DNA from: an uncultured bacterium
GTDB taxonomy: Bacteria; Patescibacteriota; Minisyncoccia; Phycocordibacterales; GCA-2401445
Direction: 5' to 3'
Length of the DNA: 64,000 bases
Assembly (NCBI GenBank): GCA_937952265.1
Contig: CALFYW010000016.1
Span: 206,661-270,660, forward strand
This document shows, piece after piece, positions 29,792 through 39,703 of the stretch (positions are counted from its first letter, which is position 1; each line of letters opens with the position of its first letter). The notes below the pieces were generated by a model. That model had not been told where the DNA came from and ran no database searches. It saw only the letters and a list, made by a program, of their open reading frames with translations. Position numbers and translations under genes: made by a program.

Positions 29792-30835
29792 ATGTCTGAA
29801 ACGAATAACCAGAAAAAAGAGGAACCGAAAAAAGAGGAAAAACCGCAAGCGCATCCTACACCTGCACCAGAGCGAGCGCACAAACAGCCTGAACAGACTT
29901 CGCCTGCTCCCGCATCACTCACTCAAGGTACAGAGCCCTATCAAATGGGGCGCCATATTGGAATGAGTGTTGGTATCGGGGTGTTGACCACTCTCGTGAT
30001 CCTCGCCGTGTTTTTTGCCGGTCAGTACTTTGAAAGAGGTAAGCAAGCCGAAACGGTGAATGCTCCTTCTTCCCAATTTTATGGAGGAGCATCACAACAA
30101 TCGCCACAACAACCGGTGGTAACGAGCAATCCGGGCTACGTTCGGGTAGAGATGCCCGCGCAACAGTCAGGAGCGCAACCGCTCAAAATCGAAATTCACA
30201 ATGTGAACGCGAATATCGGTGATACTCGTCGAGAAGCATGGGAAGGCGTTTTGGAAGATGACATTCCTTTGGTGGTTCCTGATGTAAATGAGGACACCAA
30301 TAGAAGCTCTTCCCAGTTTAACAACTTCAATGAAGATGTGACGCTGCAAAAACCTTCCGCCACTGTTGAGCCAAGGACAGAAGCGGAGCCATCTCAAGAA
30401 GAAAGCTCAGGTCAGTTTGTATACGACCAGAAACTCTATGGTCCGCAAACCGCGCATTATCCTTCAAGCCATTGGCCTGGAGGACGAGCTCATTTTGAGA
30501 AGGTTCCTCCGGTTTATGAAAGAGGAGTGGTTGTTGGAGCACCTGTGGTATTAGCACAAGCGGTACCAGGAGCTTCATGTGGCCACCCTTCAGGGCTCTA
30601 TCGGTATCAGCAGGCACCGACGTTTGGTGGTTACGGACATGGTGGGTATCATGCTCCCATTGTTCGACATCATTATCCGTTAGGAAATGTCTCCGCTGGA
30701 GCCTCGTTTGGTAGAAGTTATGCCTTCCCATCACGGGGGGCTGGTTACAATCCCCCGGTGTATCATGGGAGGGGTGTCATGACTTCTCGGTTGGTACTCA
30801 ATCCGCCGGGAGCAGTAAGCGCCCGAAGGTTTTAG
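29792..30835 (+). CDS. low-complexity single-pass membrane protein (Gly/Tyr/His/Pro-rich C-terminal region)
   Basis: 347 aa. Lys/Glu/Pro-rich N-terminus, one TM (MSVGIGVLTTLVILAVFFAG), Gln/Ser-rich middle, and a C-terminal GYGHGGYHAPIVRHHYPLG-type low-complexity region. Driven by the consensus promoter and followed by a strong terminator. Confidence 0.5.
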   Translation: MSETNNQKKEEPKKEEKPQAHPTPAPERAHKQPEQTSPAPASLTQGTEPYQMGRHIGMSVGIGVLTTLVILAVFFAGQYFERGKQAETVNAPSSQFYGGASQQSPQQPVVTSNPGYVRVEMPAQQSGAQPLKIEIHNVNANIGDTRREAWEGVLEDDIPLVVPDVNEDTNRSSSQFNNFNEDVTLQKPSATVEPRTEAEPSQEESSGQFVYDQKLYGPQTAHYPSSHWPGGRAHFEKVPPVYERGVVVGAPVVLAQAVPGASCGHPSGLYRYQQAPTFGGYGHGGYHAPIVRHHYPLGNVSAGASFGRSYAFPSRGAGYNPPVYHGRGVMTSRLVLNPPGAVSARRF

Positions 30836-30855
30836 TTCCTTATAAAACAAATCCG

Positions 30856-30892
30856 AAAAACACGCTACGATCAGTCGTAGCGTGTTTTTTTA
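30856..30892 (+). terminator. rho-independent terminator
   Basis: ACGCTACGA-TCAG-TCGTAGCGT stem followed by a T7 run. Confidence 0.75.
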
Positions 30893-30914
30893 TGCCTGTG
30901 TTACTATAACCGGT

Positions 30915-31367
30915 ATGTCTATTGAGGTGTCCGATCTTAATGAGCTTGAGCGCCACGCAGCAGATTTTTCTCAAAAATTAGCTACGACAGCGCATAAAGA
31001 GGCGTTGGTAGTAGGTCTCTCGGGGGAGCTTGGCGCCGGTAAAACTACTTTTACGCAAGCGGTTGCGCGTACTTTTGGGATTGAGGCTCGCATTACCAGT
31101 CCCACCTTTGTCATTATGAAAATTTACGATATTCCTTCTCATGGTAGATTTTCAAAATTTATTCATATTGATGCTTACCGTCTTCAAAACAGTAATGAGC
31201 TCATACATCTTGGTTTTAACGAATTGATTCGTGAGCAAGGAAATCTTATTTTTATCGAATGGCCAGAACGTGTACCTGAGGCCACCCCAAAAACCTCAAT
31301 TGGTGTAGAATTTGAAGTAGTTGGGGAAGCATCACGGATGCTTTCTTACCACAATACCCCATGGTAA
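30915..31367 (+). CDS. tsaE: tRNA threonylcarbamoyladenosine biosynthesis protein TsaE
   Basis: Start at the ATG at 30915 (MSIEVSDLNE...); the tracked ORF begins inside the upstream terminator. P-loop GELGAGKTTFTQ and ITSPTFVIMKIY are typical of TsaE/YjeE. Confidence 0.8.
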   Translation: MSIEVSDLNELERHAADFSQKLATTAHKEALVVGLSGELGAGKTTFTQAVARTFGIEARITSPTFVIMKIYDIPSHGRFSKFIHIDAYRLQNSNELIHLGFNELIREQGNLIFIEWPERVPEATPKTSIGVEFEVVGEASRMLSYHNTPW

Positions 31368-33748
31368 AAAACGTTAAAAAAGAAAAGTTAATCCTTCTTG
31401 ATACACACGCCATACTACACCGTGCTTTTCACGCGCTTCCTGATTTCTCTTCAAGTAAAGGAGAGCCCACCGGAGCGCTCTATGGTTTGGTTTCTATGTT
31501 GATCAAAATTATTCAAGACATCAATCCTGATTATGTAATCGCGTGTTTTGATCTTCCTGGGCCTACCTATCGGCACGAGGTATATAAAGAATACAAATCA
31601 AAACGCCCGAAAGCGGATGATGCGCTCGTCTCTCAAATCAAGCGCTCTCGTGATGTTATGAACGCGCTCAGTATTCCTTGCTATGATAGTCCTGGTTTTG
31701 AGGCGGACGATATTTTAGGCACTATTGTTGGGAAACTTAAAGACCGTGACGATCTTGAAATCATCATTGCATCAGGGGATATGGATACCTTGCAGTTGGT
31801 TTCAGGTAAAGCGGTTAAGGTATTTACGCTAAAAAAAGGTATCCGTGATACCGTTTTGTATGATGAGGACGCGGTGTATGCGCGTTTTGGTTTTTCTCCG
31901 TCATCACTCCCTGATTTTAAGGGGTTACGAGGAGATCCCTCGGACAATATTATCGGCATTTCAGGTATTGGTGAAAAAACAGCAACCACCATAATAAAAG
32001 AATTTCATACCATTGAAAATTTATACCAGGTGTTAAAGAAAGATCCTCAAAAAGTAAAAAAAAGTGGAATCACTGATCGTATTATAAAGTTATTGAACGA
32101 AGGGGAAGAGGAAGCACGTTTTTCAAAAGTTCTAGCTCAGATTCGTTATGATGCGCCGATTCAATTTGAATTACCTGAAAAATCGTGGCGCACGTCAGTA
32201 GATATTGATCAGGCCCAAGCGCTTTTTCAGGATCTTGAGTTTCGAACACTTGGTCCTCGACTGCGAACACTGCTTGGTGTTAAGGAAAATGAGGTAGTTT
32301 CTTCTGAAGATGTTGAAGTGACCATCGATCATGATGAGGATGACCCCGAAGAGCTTGAGCGCGTCGGTCTTGCGCTCTGGATTTTAGATTCAACCATTAC
32401 CAATCCAACAAAGGAGGATATAGTAACCTTTAGCAAAGAAAAGACGCTTCACCGTGCGAAAACCGTTATCTTTAATGAATTAAAAAAGCAGAATCTCTTT
32501 GGGGTCTATGATCGTATTGAGGAACCTTTGATTGAGGTAACGCACGCGATGGAAGCGCGAGGAATTACGCTCGATGTTTCGAAACTTCAAGTATTAAGTA
32601 AGAAATATCATCACAAACTCTCCGTACTTCAGAAAAAGATATGGGAACTTGCAGGAAAAGAATTTAATATCAACTCACCCAAACAAATTGGAGAAGTGTT
32701 ATTCGACACTCTCGGACTCTCCGCTAAGGGGTATAAAAAAACACAAGGAGGAGCACGATCAACACGAGAATCCGTATTACAAGAGCTTGTCGATGCCCAT
32801 CCGGTGGTACCGGTGATTTTAGAGTACCGTGAATTACAAAAGCTACTCTCAACGTATATTGATCCGTTACCCAAATTGGTTAAAGAAGATCATCGTTTGC
32901 ATACTGATTTTGTACAGACGGGCACCACAACAGGACGCATGGCGTCAAAAGATCCAAATTTACAAAATATACCGAATCGTTCAGAGATAGGGAAAGAGAT
33001 CAGGGATACTTTTGTAAGCGCACCGGGGTTTTCTTTAGTGTCTTTTGATTATTCTCAAATTGAGTTGCGCATCGCCGCATTCCTGTCAGGAGATGAGAAA
33101 TTAATCCATATTTTCAAGCATGGCGATGATGTGCACCGAGCCGTTGCGTCAGAGGTCTTCCATGTATCACCTGAAGCAGTAACACATGATATGCGACGTC
33201 GCGCGAAGGTAATTAATTTTGGTATTTTGTATGGTATGGGGGTGAATGCGCTCAAGGGAAATCTCGGGACCTCGCGTGCTGAAGCTCAGGAATTTTTAAA
33301 TAATTATTTTGAGACCTTTGTAACACTCTCGAGGTACCTTGAGGGGATCAAAGGGGATGTTCGAAGGCGAGGGTATACGGAGACCCTCTTTGGCCGACGA
33401 CGGTATTTTGAAGGCATTGATTCAAAGATTCCTTATGTACGGGCTGCTGCTGAGCGGATGGCAATCAACGCGCCTATTCAAGGGACAGAAGCGGATATTA
33501 TCAAACTTGCCATGATTCGTGTTGATTCTTTTTTGAAAGAAAAAGGGTGTCGAGATGATGCCCACCTACTGCTTCAAGTGCATGATGAATTGGTGTATGA
33601 GATCAAGACTTCAAAAGTTGATCCGCTTATTCCAGATATTGTTTCAATTATGGAACATGTCGTGCCAGAAACAGAGACGAAAGGCGTCCCTATTTTAGTT
33701 GATGTCGCCACCGGTTCAGCGTGGGGGAAACTTCAAAAACAAACCTAA
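31361..33748 (+). CDS. polA: DNA polymerase I
   Basis: 795 aa. N-terminal 5'-3' exonuclease domain (LLDTHAILHRAFHA, GIGEKTA). Polymerase motif A (DYSQIELRIAAFLS), motif B (RRRAKVINFGILYGM), motif C (LLQVHDELVYE). Its size suggests a reduced 3'-5' exonuclease domain. Confidence 0.95.
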   Translation: MVKNVKKEKLILLDTHAILHRAFHALPDFSSSKGEPTGALYGLVSMLIKIIQDINPDYVIACFDLPGPTYRHEVYKEYKSKRPKADDALVSQIKRSRDVMNALSIPCYDSPGFEADDILGTIVGKLKDRDDLEIIIASGDMDTLQLVSGKAVKVFTLKKGIRDTVLYDEDAVYARFGFSPSSLPDFKGLRGDPSDNIIGISGIGEKTATTIIKEFHTIENLYQVLKKDPQKVKKSGITDRIIKLLNEGEEEARFSKVLAQIRYDAPIQFELPEKSWRTSVDIDQAQALFQDLEFRTLGPRLRTLLGVKENEVVSSEDVEVTIDHDEDDPEELERVGLALWILDSTITNPTKEDIVTFSKEKTLHRAKTVIFNELKKQNLFGVYDRIEEPLIEVTHAMEARGITLDVSKLQVLSKKYHHKLSVLQKKIWELAGKEFNINSPKQIGEVLFDTLGLSAKGYKKTQGGARSTRESVLQELVDAHPVVPVILEYRELQKLLSTYIDPLPKLVKEDHRLHTDFVQTGTTTGRMASKDPNLQNIPNRSEIGKEIRDTFVSAPGFSLVSFDYSQIELRIAAFLSGDEKLIHIFKHGDDVHRAVASEVFHVSPEAVTHDMRRRAKVINFGILYGMGVNALKGNLGTSRAEAQEFLNNYFETFVTLSRYLEGIKGDVRRRGYTETLFGRRRYFEGIDSKIPYVRAAAERMAINAPIQGTEADIIKLAMIRVDSFLKEKGCRDDAHLLLQVHDELVYEIKTSKVDPLIPDIVSIMEHVVPETETKGVPILVDVATGSAWGKLQKQT

Positions 33749-33752
33749 TACT

Positions 33753-34466
33753 ATGCTCTACGTTATTTATGGAGATGATCGCGCACGGATTCTTAAAAAG
33801 GTGCACGAACTTAAAGAAAAACTATTGATAAAAAAGCCGGAGGCCTCAGTTTTTCAGCCGGATAGTTTTGAGTGGAACCCTGCGCTCCTTGAGTCTCTTA
33901 CGGGAGGGCAAGGTTTATTTGAGCGCAAGTATATTGTGGTGCTTGGAGATTTTCTTGAGAAAAAAGAGATCCGAGGAGAAATGCAAAACATGTTTCCTCG
34001 CATGAAAGACTCAGAGAATATTTTTATTCTTTTTGATGGATTGCTTGATAAAAAGACTGAAAAAGAACTTGAGAAGTATGCGAACCGTACACTGAGGTAT
34101 GAAAAAGTTAAAAAGGCGGTGCGGGCGCCATTCAATATCTTTTCATTGAGCGACTTCTTTGTTCACCGTGATTCGAGAGAGTTGTGGACTTGTTTTCATG
34201 TTGCCAAACGTATTGCCTCTATCGAAGAGATACACGGTATCCTTTTTTGGCAGTTAAAAACAATGTGGTTGGCAAAAGACGCGGAGACTCCAGAAGAGGT
34301 AGGATTGAAACCTTTTGTATTTCGAAAAGCGCGTATGGGGCTTAAAAAATTTACCGCGCAAGAGATTGAAGAGAAGACCTATACCTTACTAGAAATGTAC
34401 CATGAAGCACGAAGAGGGCGTGCTGATCTGGCAATAAGACTCGAGCGTTTTATTCTTTCTTTATAA
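33753..34466 (+). CDS. probable DNA polymerase III delta subunit (HolA-like)
   Basis: Start at the ATG at 33753 (MLYVIYGDDRARILKK...). N-terminal pattern and ~240-aa size are consistent with the clamp-loader delta subunit; similarity is weak. Confidence 0.45.
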   Translation: MLYVIYGDDRARILKKVHELKEKLLIKKPEASVFQPDSFEWNPALLESLTGGQGLFERKYIVVLGDFLEKKEIRGEMQNMFPRMKDSENIFILFDGLLDKKTEKELEKYANRTLRYEKVKKAVRAPFNIFSLSDFFVHRDSRELWTCFHVAKRIASIEEIHGILFWQLKTMWLAKDAETPEEVGLKPFVFRKARMGLKKFTAQEIEEKTYTLLEMYHEARRGRADLAIRLERFILSL

Positions 34467-34475
34467 TATAGGGTG

Positions 34476-34805
34476 CTATCGGTATGCGTGGAGAGGTACC
34501 GCGCGATAGTTTCTTATCGTATCCGCAATAATCAATCCGAGCATGAGTAATACCCCAAGAATAAGGAATTGCACCGAGGTTTCAGTGTTGAGAAATGCGC
34601 TGGTATAAAAGTGATACAAGGACGCTCCTTCAGCATGGGCCCCATTTTGGATTACGTTTCGTATTGATACGAGTGAGGCGAGCGAAAAGAGTAATGAGAA
34701 AAGCGCGATGATTTTAAATGAAACAAAGGTTTTCATCTTTCGCCATGCGTAGGAGAGATATACACCCCGCATAATTTTTTGTTTAAGTTTTTGCTCCGTT
34801 GTCAT
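34476..34805 (-). CDS. small membrane protein, putative anti-sigma factor
   Basis: 109 aa, 2-3 TM helices. Immediately downstream of, and co-oriented with, an ECF sigma factor gene. Confidence 0.3.
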   Translation of the reverse strand: MTTEQKLKQKIMRGVYLSYAWRKMKTFVSFKIIALFSLLFSLASLVSIRNVIQNGAHAEGASLYHFYTSAFLNTETSVQFLILGVLLMLGLIIADTIRNYRAVPLHAYR

Positions 34806-34816
34806 ACTTATAGTGT

Positions 34817-35389
34817 TTAAATAGAAAGCGTCGTAAAATCTATTTTTCGGAATTCTTTTTTTGCCCGATGCATTCTGGTGCGAATGACGCCTGCTGATAC
34901 ACCTTCTTCATCCGCAATTTCTTGGTGTGACTTTCCTTCAAGAAAATATTTTTTGAGGACGGTGCTAAAAACAGGATTCATTCGAACAAATACTGAGCTT
35001 AGATAGTCTGGTAAAAATTGGCTATTTTTCTCCCAACTATTTGTATCAGGAAGTCGCTCGCTTTCCTCAGGTTCTAGAGTTATGGTGCGCTCATTATGAC
35101 GTGAACTTTTCTGATACGCGGTAAATGCGGTGTTCATGAGTATTTTGTATGCCCATGATTTGAATGATGCTCCGGGCATTTTTTGAAAAGTGTGCGCGTG
35201 GCGATAAATCTTGATGAAGGTGTCTTGTACCACGTCTTCCGCGGTCTCCTCGGATCGAACTACCGGCAAAGCCTTTCGGAGAAAGGCTTTTTGGTAGCGA
35301 TCCACCAGATGAGCAAAAAGTGATGGTTTCTCTATCGATTGATGAAGGAGTGCTTCATCGGAGAGTGTGTTGAGGTTAATAGGTTGCAT
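34817..35389 (-). CDS. RNA polymerase sigma factor, ECF (sigma-70 group 4) family
   Basis: Region 2 (VVQDTFIKIYRHAHTF...FKSWAYKILMNTAFTAY) and region 4 HTH (SHQEIADEEGVSAGVIRTRMHRAKKEF). Confidence 0.85.
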   Translation of the reverse strand: MQPINLNTLSDEALLHQSIEKPSLFAHLVDRYQKAFLRKALPVVRSEETAEDVVQDTFIKIYRHAHTFQKMPGASFKSWAYKILMNTAFTAYQKSSRHNERTITLEPEESERLPDTNSWEKNSQFLPDYLSSVFVRMNPVFSTVLKKYFLEGKSHQEIADEEGVSAGVIRTRMHRAKKEFRKIDFTTLSI

Positions 35390-35473
35390 AGATATATCGT
35401 AGCATTAATCGACCTTCATTAAAGAAAACACGAATTATAGGTATTTTGTTACCAGAGTAATACAAGTTCTGTG

Positions 35474-35550
35474 TCCGCCCAGCAGGACTCGAACCTGCGA
35501 CCCTCTGCTTAAAAGGCAGGTGCTCTACCAACTGAGCTATGGGCGGTTAT
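35474..35550 (-). tRNA. tRNA-Lys (anticodon UUU)
   Basis: Manual fold: acceptor CCGCCCA/UGGGCGG, D-arm GCUC..GAGC, anticodon loop CUUUUAA, T-loop UUCGAGU. CCA is not encoded. Confidence 0.75.
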
Positions 35551-35606
35551 ATTATTCCACGGAGTCGTTCTGTACTATATCAAATAAGCCTCGAAAGTCT
35601 AATGTG

Positions 35607-36005
35607 TTATAAAGGGAGATCGATGGCGAAAAATCCAGCACCAGTTATTACTAAAGAAAGAGTTATTGCCTCGAGTGCAATAAAAAAGAGAGATTCAAAA
35701 TCTGGTTTTTGAGGCGCTTTATTTTTAAAACCACGGAGTATGATTCCCATTACGATGATGCTTAAAGCAAGCGCGGTGATCTGGGTAAAGAGCCCCAAGA
35801 TAAGGAATAAGCTACCAAGAATAAAAAGTGTCCCAACAGCATACCGATATCCAGGGCTCATTAGGCGCAAAAGGCGAGTTTGATTGAGGAGTGGGTCTCT
35901 AAAAGAGGAAAATCCAAGAAAGAGATAGCATAAACCACTTACCATACGAAACAGAAAAGGGGCGAGAAGCCCAAATGCAAGTAAGTCGGGAAAAGGATTT
36001 AACAT
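35607..36005 (-). CDS. DoxX-family-like small membrane protein
   Basis: 132 aa, four hydrophobic helices, composition typical of DoxX-like proteins. Weak call. Confidence 0.4.
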   Translation of the reverse strand: MLNPFPDLLAFGLLAPFLFRMVSGLCYLFLGFSSFRDPLLNQTRLLRLMSPGYRYAVGTLFILGSLFLILGLFTQITALALSIIVMGIILRGFKNKAPQKPDFESLFFIALEAITLSLVITGAGFFAIDLPL

Positions 36006-36059
36006 GCGTTACAGTATAACACATCTTGCATTACACACATCGCTTAGTACACTCTGATT

Positions 36060-36536
36060 ATGCAGATAATGCCACGCGTCGGAATTTTACATAACATTAG
36101 AAGTATTCATAATGTTGCTTCTATTTTTCGTACCGCTGATGCGGCTGGTTTTGATAAACTGTTTCTAACGGGGTACACGCCGGGGCCGATTGATCGGTTT
36201 GGAATGCCCGAACAGAAATTTATCAAGGTTTCTTTAGGTGCAGAAAAAAATATTGCCTGGGAAATGAAAAAAAATCTTTCGCCACTCCTCAATACGCTTA
36301 AAAAGAATGGGTATTCTGTGGTTGCGTTTGAGCAACATCCAAAAGCTCTCCATTATCGTACGGTGTCGTACCAGAAACCTTTCGCAATTATGTTGGGGAA
36401 CGAAAGAGTGGGGCTGTCTGCGCGAGCGCTTCAGCACGCAGACTATATTGCTCAAATTCCCATGCGCGGAAAGAAAGAATCACTCAATGTTTCCGTAGTC
36501 GCGGGTATCGCCTTTTTTGAGAGCCTAATAGATTAG
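36060..36536 (+). CDS. SpoU/TrmH-family (SPOUT) tRNA/rRNA 2'-O-methyltransferase
   Basis: LHNIRSIHNVASIFRTADAAGFDKLFL, MLGNERVGLS and SLNVSVVAGIAFFE are SPOUT-class motifs. Confidence 0.8.
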   Translation: MQIMPRVGILHNIRSIHNVASIFRTADAAGFDKLFLTGYTPGPIDRFGMPEQKFIKVSLGAEKNIAWEMKKNLSPLLNTLKKNGYSVVAFEQHPKALHYRTVSYQKPFAIMLGNERVGLSARALQHADYIAQIPMRGKKESLNVSVVAGIAFFESLID

Positions 36537-37493
36537 TGTATCGACCACTTTGCCGTTGTGATCAATGAGTTGTATTGCTTCGCGTTCATTTTTCCAAAGC
36601 TCGGTATCTCTTCCAAGGTAGACCCTCCATTCATTTCTATAAAATGAAGCATTTTCTTTATGCTCATTGATACAGGTATGGTAGTTTGCACGTTCATTGA
36701 TAAACGCTTTGCAGGCGGGAGAAAGTGTAAGAGGGAGTCCTCTTAGGGGCACCGTACAATTTGGAATACTTTGGAGGTAATCCAAGCAGGTATCATTAAA
36801 CGCATTTGGGAATTCAGGTAATGAGCTATCTATCAATCGTGGGCAGGTGCGGGCAAGCGGTGGGGTGAAGCTTTGGAATTGCGCGAAGTAGCCAGTGCAA
36901 AGGTTTGTACGAAAAGAAGATCCGATTGGTGACCTTCCGGTAGTAACATAGATGCGTGCCCCTGGATTTAGAAATATAGTCTCTTCAGTAATCCGCTCCC
37001 CAATAAAAGGCAGGTACGAACCTTTCTTGATGGTGCCTGATTTTCCGGTTACGAGGCTTCGAACCTCCCAGTTCGTCAGGGGGATTTTTTCAGATACGCG
37101 AGGAGAGACTGAAAGAAGCAGGTATTCTTGGTGTGGAGTGGTTGCATGTTTGGTAACAAGCTCGATTTCTACTAATGAGCGATATGGTGATGTTTCTGTT
37201 TGATCAATACGCGCGCCAATACGACGAAGCTCTGTTTCAAGGAGGTTTCGTTCTCGCTCTGAAAGTTCGGTATTTGCGCTGGGGGTGTTGGTCGGGGTGT
37301 TAAAGGTTCCTCGTGGTGTACGCAATGCTTGTACCTGGAATTTGAATTGCGGAGCTGAAAACACCGGAGCAGAAAAGAGTCCTCTGTCTTGAGATGAGGT
37401 ATTCATACCGCGCTCGGGACCTCCGGTGGCAAACCAAATAAGCCACATAGCGGCAAAGAAACCAACAATAATCGCAAGTTCTTTAAAGGGCAT
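36525..37493 (-). CDS. secreted/membrane-anchored hypothetical protein
   Basis: 322 aa. N-terminal TM/signal (LAIIVGFFAAMWLIWFATGG). Cys-containing C-terminal domain with no identifiable motif. Confidence 0.4.
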   Translation of the reverse strand: MPFKELAIIVGFFAAMWLIWFATGGPERGMNTSSQDRGLFSAPVFSAPQFKFQVQALRTPRGTFNTPTNTPSANTELSERERNLLETELRRIGARIDQTETSPYRSLVEIELVTKHATTPHQEYLLLSVSPRVSEKIPLTNWEVRSLVTGKSGTIKKGSYLPFIGERITEETIFLNPGARIYVTTGRSPIGSSFRTNLCTGYFAQFQSFTPPLARTCPRLIDSSLPEFPNAFNDTCLDYLQSIPNCTVPLRGLPLTLSPACKAFINERANYHTCINEHKENASFYRNEWRVYLGRDTELWKNEREAIQLIDHNGKVVDTLIY

Positions 37494-37508
37494 TATTATT
37501 ATTTTCGG

Positions 37509-38753
37509 TTATCTATTTTTGCTTGTCAAAACTGAGCGAAGGACATCCTGGGCAATACCATAATCGCTCCACGGTTCCTTACTTCCTTGTGGCCCCATAA
37601 TGTAAGGGTCGGTGCCTTTACCAGTAATAATTACCGCATCATGTGCTGATGATGCATAGTGTATTCCCGTACGGATCGCTTCTTTACGATCGATAATAAT
37701 TTGGGGTTTCTGTGAGGTGATACCTCCCGCAATATCATGGATAATTTTTTCTGGATCTTCATCATAAGGATCTTCATTGGTGAGAATAATGTGGTCGCAG
37801 TAGGTATCCGCAACATTTCCAAAAACCTCTCGTTTCCATTTATCCCTTCCTCCTCCTGTTGCTCCTAGAACACAGATTTTTCTTGAAGTTTTGAAGGTCT
37901 CATACACGGAAATAAGTGATTCTCGAGTATGCGCGTAATCAATCACCACGGTAAAAGGTTGCCCTTCTTGTACCAACTCAAAGCGCCCCGGAATATGTTC
38001 AAGTTTTTGAATACCTTTCGCAATGATATGTTCTGGAATATTGAAAGCTCTCGCAAGGGTAGCGCTTGCGAGAATGTTCTCAATCATTGGTTTTCCGCGA
38101 AGCACGCTCTTTATTTCTGTGTCGCAAAACGTAAGAGTGATACCCTGAGCATTCTCTGATGCTGATGTAAGACGAGTTACATCATACGTTCGAATATCTT
38201 GAATCGGAAGCTTCGTAAATCGGCGAACTTCTCCTCCTTGATTATTAACCACCAACACCTTCTTCTTTTTAGATGATCGCGCCAACGCCCACCCGATGGA
38301 AAGTTTTGCTTGGATATAGTTCTCGAATGATCCATGAGACTCAATATGTTCTGGTTCGATATTGGTAACGACGAGTGCGTCAAGGGAAATAAAGCGGTGT
38401 CGGAACTGCCGTGCGCCTTCAGAGGTCATTTCAATAATCGCGACGTTTGCTCCTTCTATGGCGGCACGGTTGAGAAAGTGCTGTAAAAAGAAACGTCCCG
38501 GCATGGTCATCTTTTTTACGTTGGGATTGTTGGTGTCCCCAATTTTAAATCGAATGGTGTTTGAGAGGGCAGTAGTGTATCCTGCGGCTTCAAAAATACT
38601 GTTGATCATTTCGGTTACACTTGTTTTGCCTTTGGTTCCCGTAACCGCGATTACTGGTATTTTGCGTGAAGGGAATCGGTACCAAAGTGCTCCGAAAAGC
38701 GCAAGTAAAAAATGGTATGGTGATCGGAATATTTTCTTAAATAACCTCATCAT
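37509..38753 (-). CDS. Mur ligase family protein (MurE-like UDP-MurNAc-tripeptide synthetase, short N-terminus)
   Basis: ATP-binding VIAVTGTKGKTSVTEM, motif VVIDYAHTRESL (MurE DYAHTP-type), GATGGGRDKWKRE and ILTNEDPYDEDP (DNPR-like). Confidence 0.75.
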   Translation of the reverse strand: MMRLFKKIFRSPYHFLLALFGALWYRFPSRKIPVIAVTGTKGKTSVTEMINSIFEAAGYTTALSNTIRFKIGDTNNPNVKKMTMPGRFFLQHFLNRAAIEGANVAIIEMTSEGARQFRHRFISLDALVVTNIEPEHIESHGSFENYIQAKLSIGWALARSSKKKKVLVVNNQGGEVRRFTKLPIQDIRTYDVTRLTSASENAQGITLTFCDTEIKSVLRGKPMIENILASATLARAFNIPEHIIAKGIQKLEHIPGRFELVQEGQPFTVVIDYAHTRESLISVYETFKTSRKICVLGATGGGRDKWKREVFGNVADTYCDHIILTNEDPYDEDPEKIIHDIAGGITSQKPQIIIDRKEAIRTGIHYASSAHDAVIITGKGTDPYIMGPQGSKEPWSDYGIAQDVLRSVLTSKNR

Positions 38754-38762
38754 AGAATAACA

Positions 38763-39344
38763 TTATCGCGTACCCCCTAGGATTCGAAGTGCTTCTTTAA
38801 TACGAGCTTGCGTCCCGTTTATCTCAGAGGGTATTTTTTTAAGGGTGTTTCGAGCGTCTTTTTGTGAATAACCCAGAGTGATGAGTGCTTCGAGTAGATC
38901 GTGGTGGTCTGAGTTAGAAATGTCCTCATCTGATCCTTTCTCTGTTTTTGGAACCTTTTCTTTAAGTTCAAGCACTATTTTTTCAGCATGCCGTTTCCCA
39001 ATACCGATTACTTCAGTAAGGTGTGTGGTATCTCCTGAGCGGATCGCGCGAATAAGGGTATCTGTCGATGCGGCGCTCATGACCCCGAGTGCTGATTTTG
39101 GCCCGATTCCTGAAACCCCAATAAGTAAAAGAAAAAAATCGAGATCTTCTTTATGTAAGAACCCATAGAGATCAAGAGAGGTTTCTCGGACTGATAAATG
39201 CGTCCATAGATTTGCTTCAGCGTCGTGTTTGAGTTGTTGTAAGGTCCCACTTGGTATCGCGAGTTTAAATCCAACACCGCCAACTGAAAGAACAATCGAT
39301 CCATGTTCAATATGGGACACCACTCCTTTAAGGCGCGAAATCAT
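38763..39344 (-). CDS. ruvA: Holliday junction DNA helicase subunit RuvA
   Basis: MISRLKGVVSHIEHGSIVLSVGGVGFKLAIP... OB domain, two HhH motifs (GIGPKSALGVM, GIGKRHAEKIV), C-terminal domain III. Confidence 0.9.
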   Translation of the reverse strand: MISRLKGVVSHIEHGSIVLSVGGVGFKLAIPSGTLQQLKHDAEANLWTHLSVRETSLDLYGFLHKEDLDFFLLLIGVSGIGPKSALGVMSAASTDTLIRAIRSGDTTHLTEVIGIGKRHAEKIVLELKEKVPKTEKGSDEDISNSDHHDLLEALITLGYSQKDARNTLKKIPSEINGTQARIKEALRILGGTR

Positions 39345-39422
39345 AGCTTATACTATAGCATATTGCACTCTACGGTGATATGTGTTACGATTTAGGCTCA
39401 TTAAATATAGTCAACATTAATC

Positions 39423-39692
39423 ATGCCCATTACTAAATCAGCAGGAAAAGCACTTCGTGGATCACAGAGAAAGCGCGTTTTTAATAATCGCCGAAAAGGG
39501 GCGCTTAAGGCGGTGGTAAAAGAGGTGCACGAACTCCTTAACACAGGAAAGATTGAAGATGCGGAGAAATTGCTCCCGCATGTGTATCAAACGATTGATA
39601 AAGCAAAGAAAACGAACGTGATTAAAAAGAATACCGCAGATAGAAAGAAATCACAGTTAGTACGTGCAATTAAAAGACAAAAAGCCGTGTAA
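39423..39692 (+). CDS. rpsT: 30S ribosomal protein S20
   Basis: MPITKSAGKALRGSQRKRVFNNRRKGALKAVVKEV... is canonical S20. Confidence 0.9.
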   Translation: MPITKSAGKALRGSQRKRVFNNRRKGALKAVVKEVHELLNTGKIEDAEKLLPHVYQTIDKAKKTNVIKKNTADRKKSQLVRAIKRQKAV

Positions 39693-39703
39693 CGGCTTTT
39701 TTC
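39681..39703. terminator. bidirectional terminator shared by convergent rpsT (+) and a pilin gene (-)
   Basis: AAAGCCG-TGTAA-CGGCTTT hairpin followed by TTTT. Confidence 0.65.
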
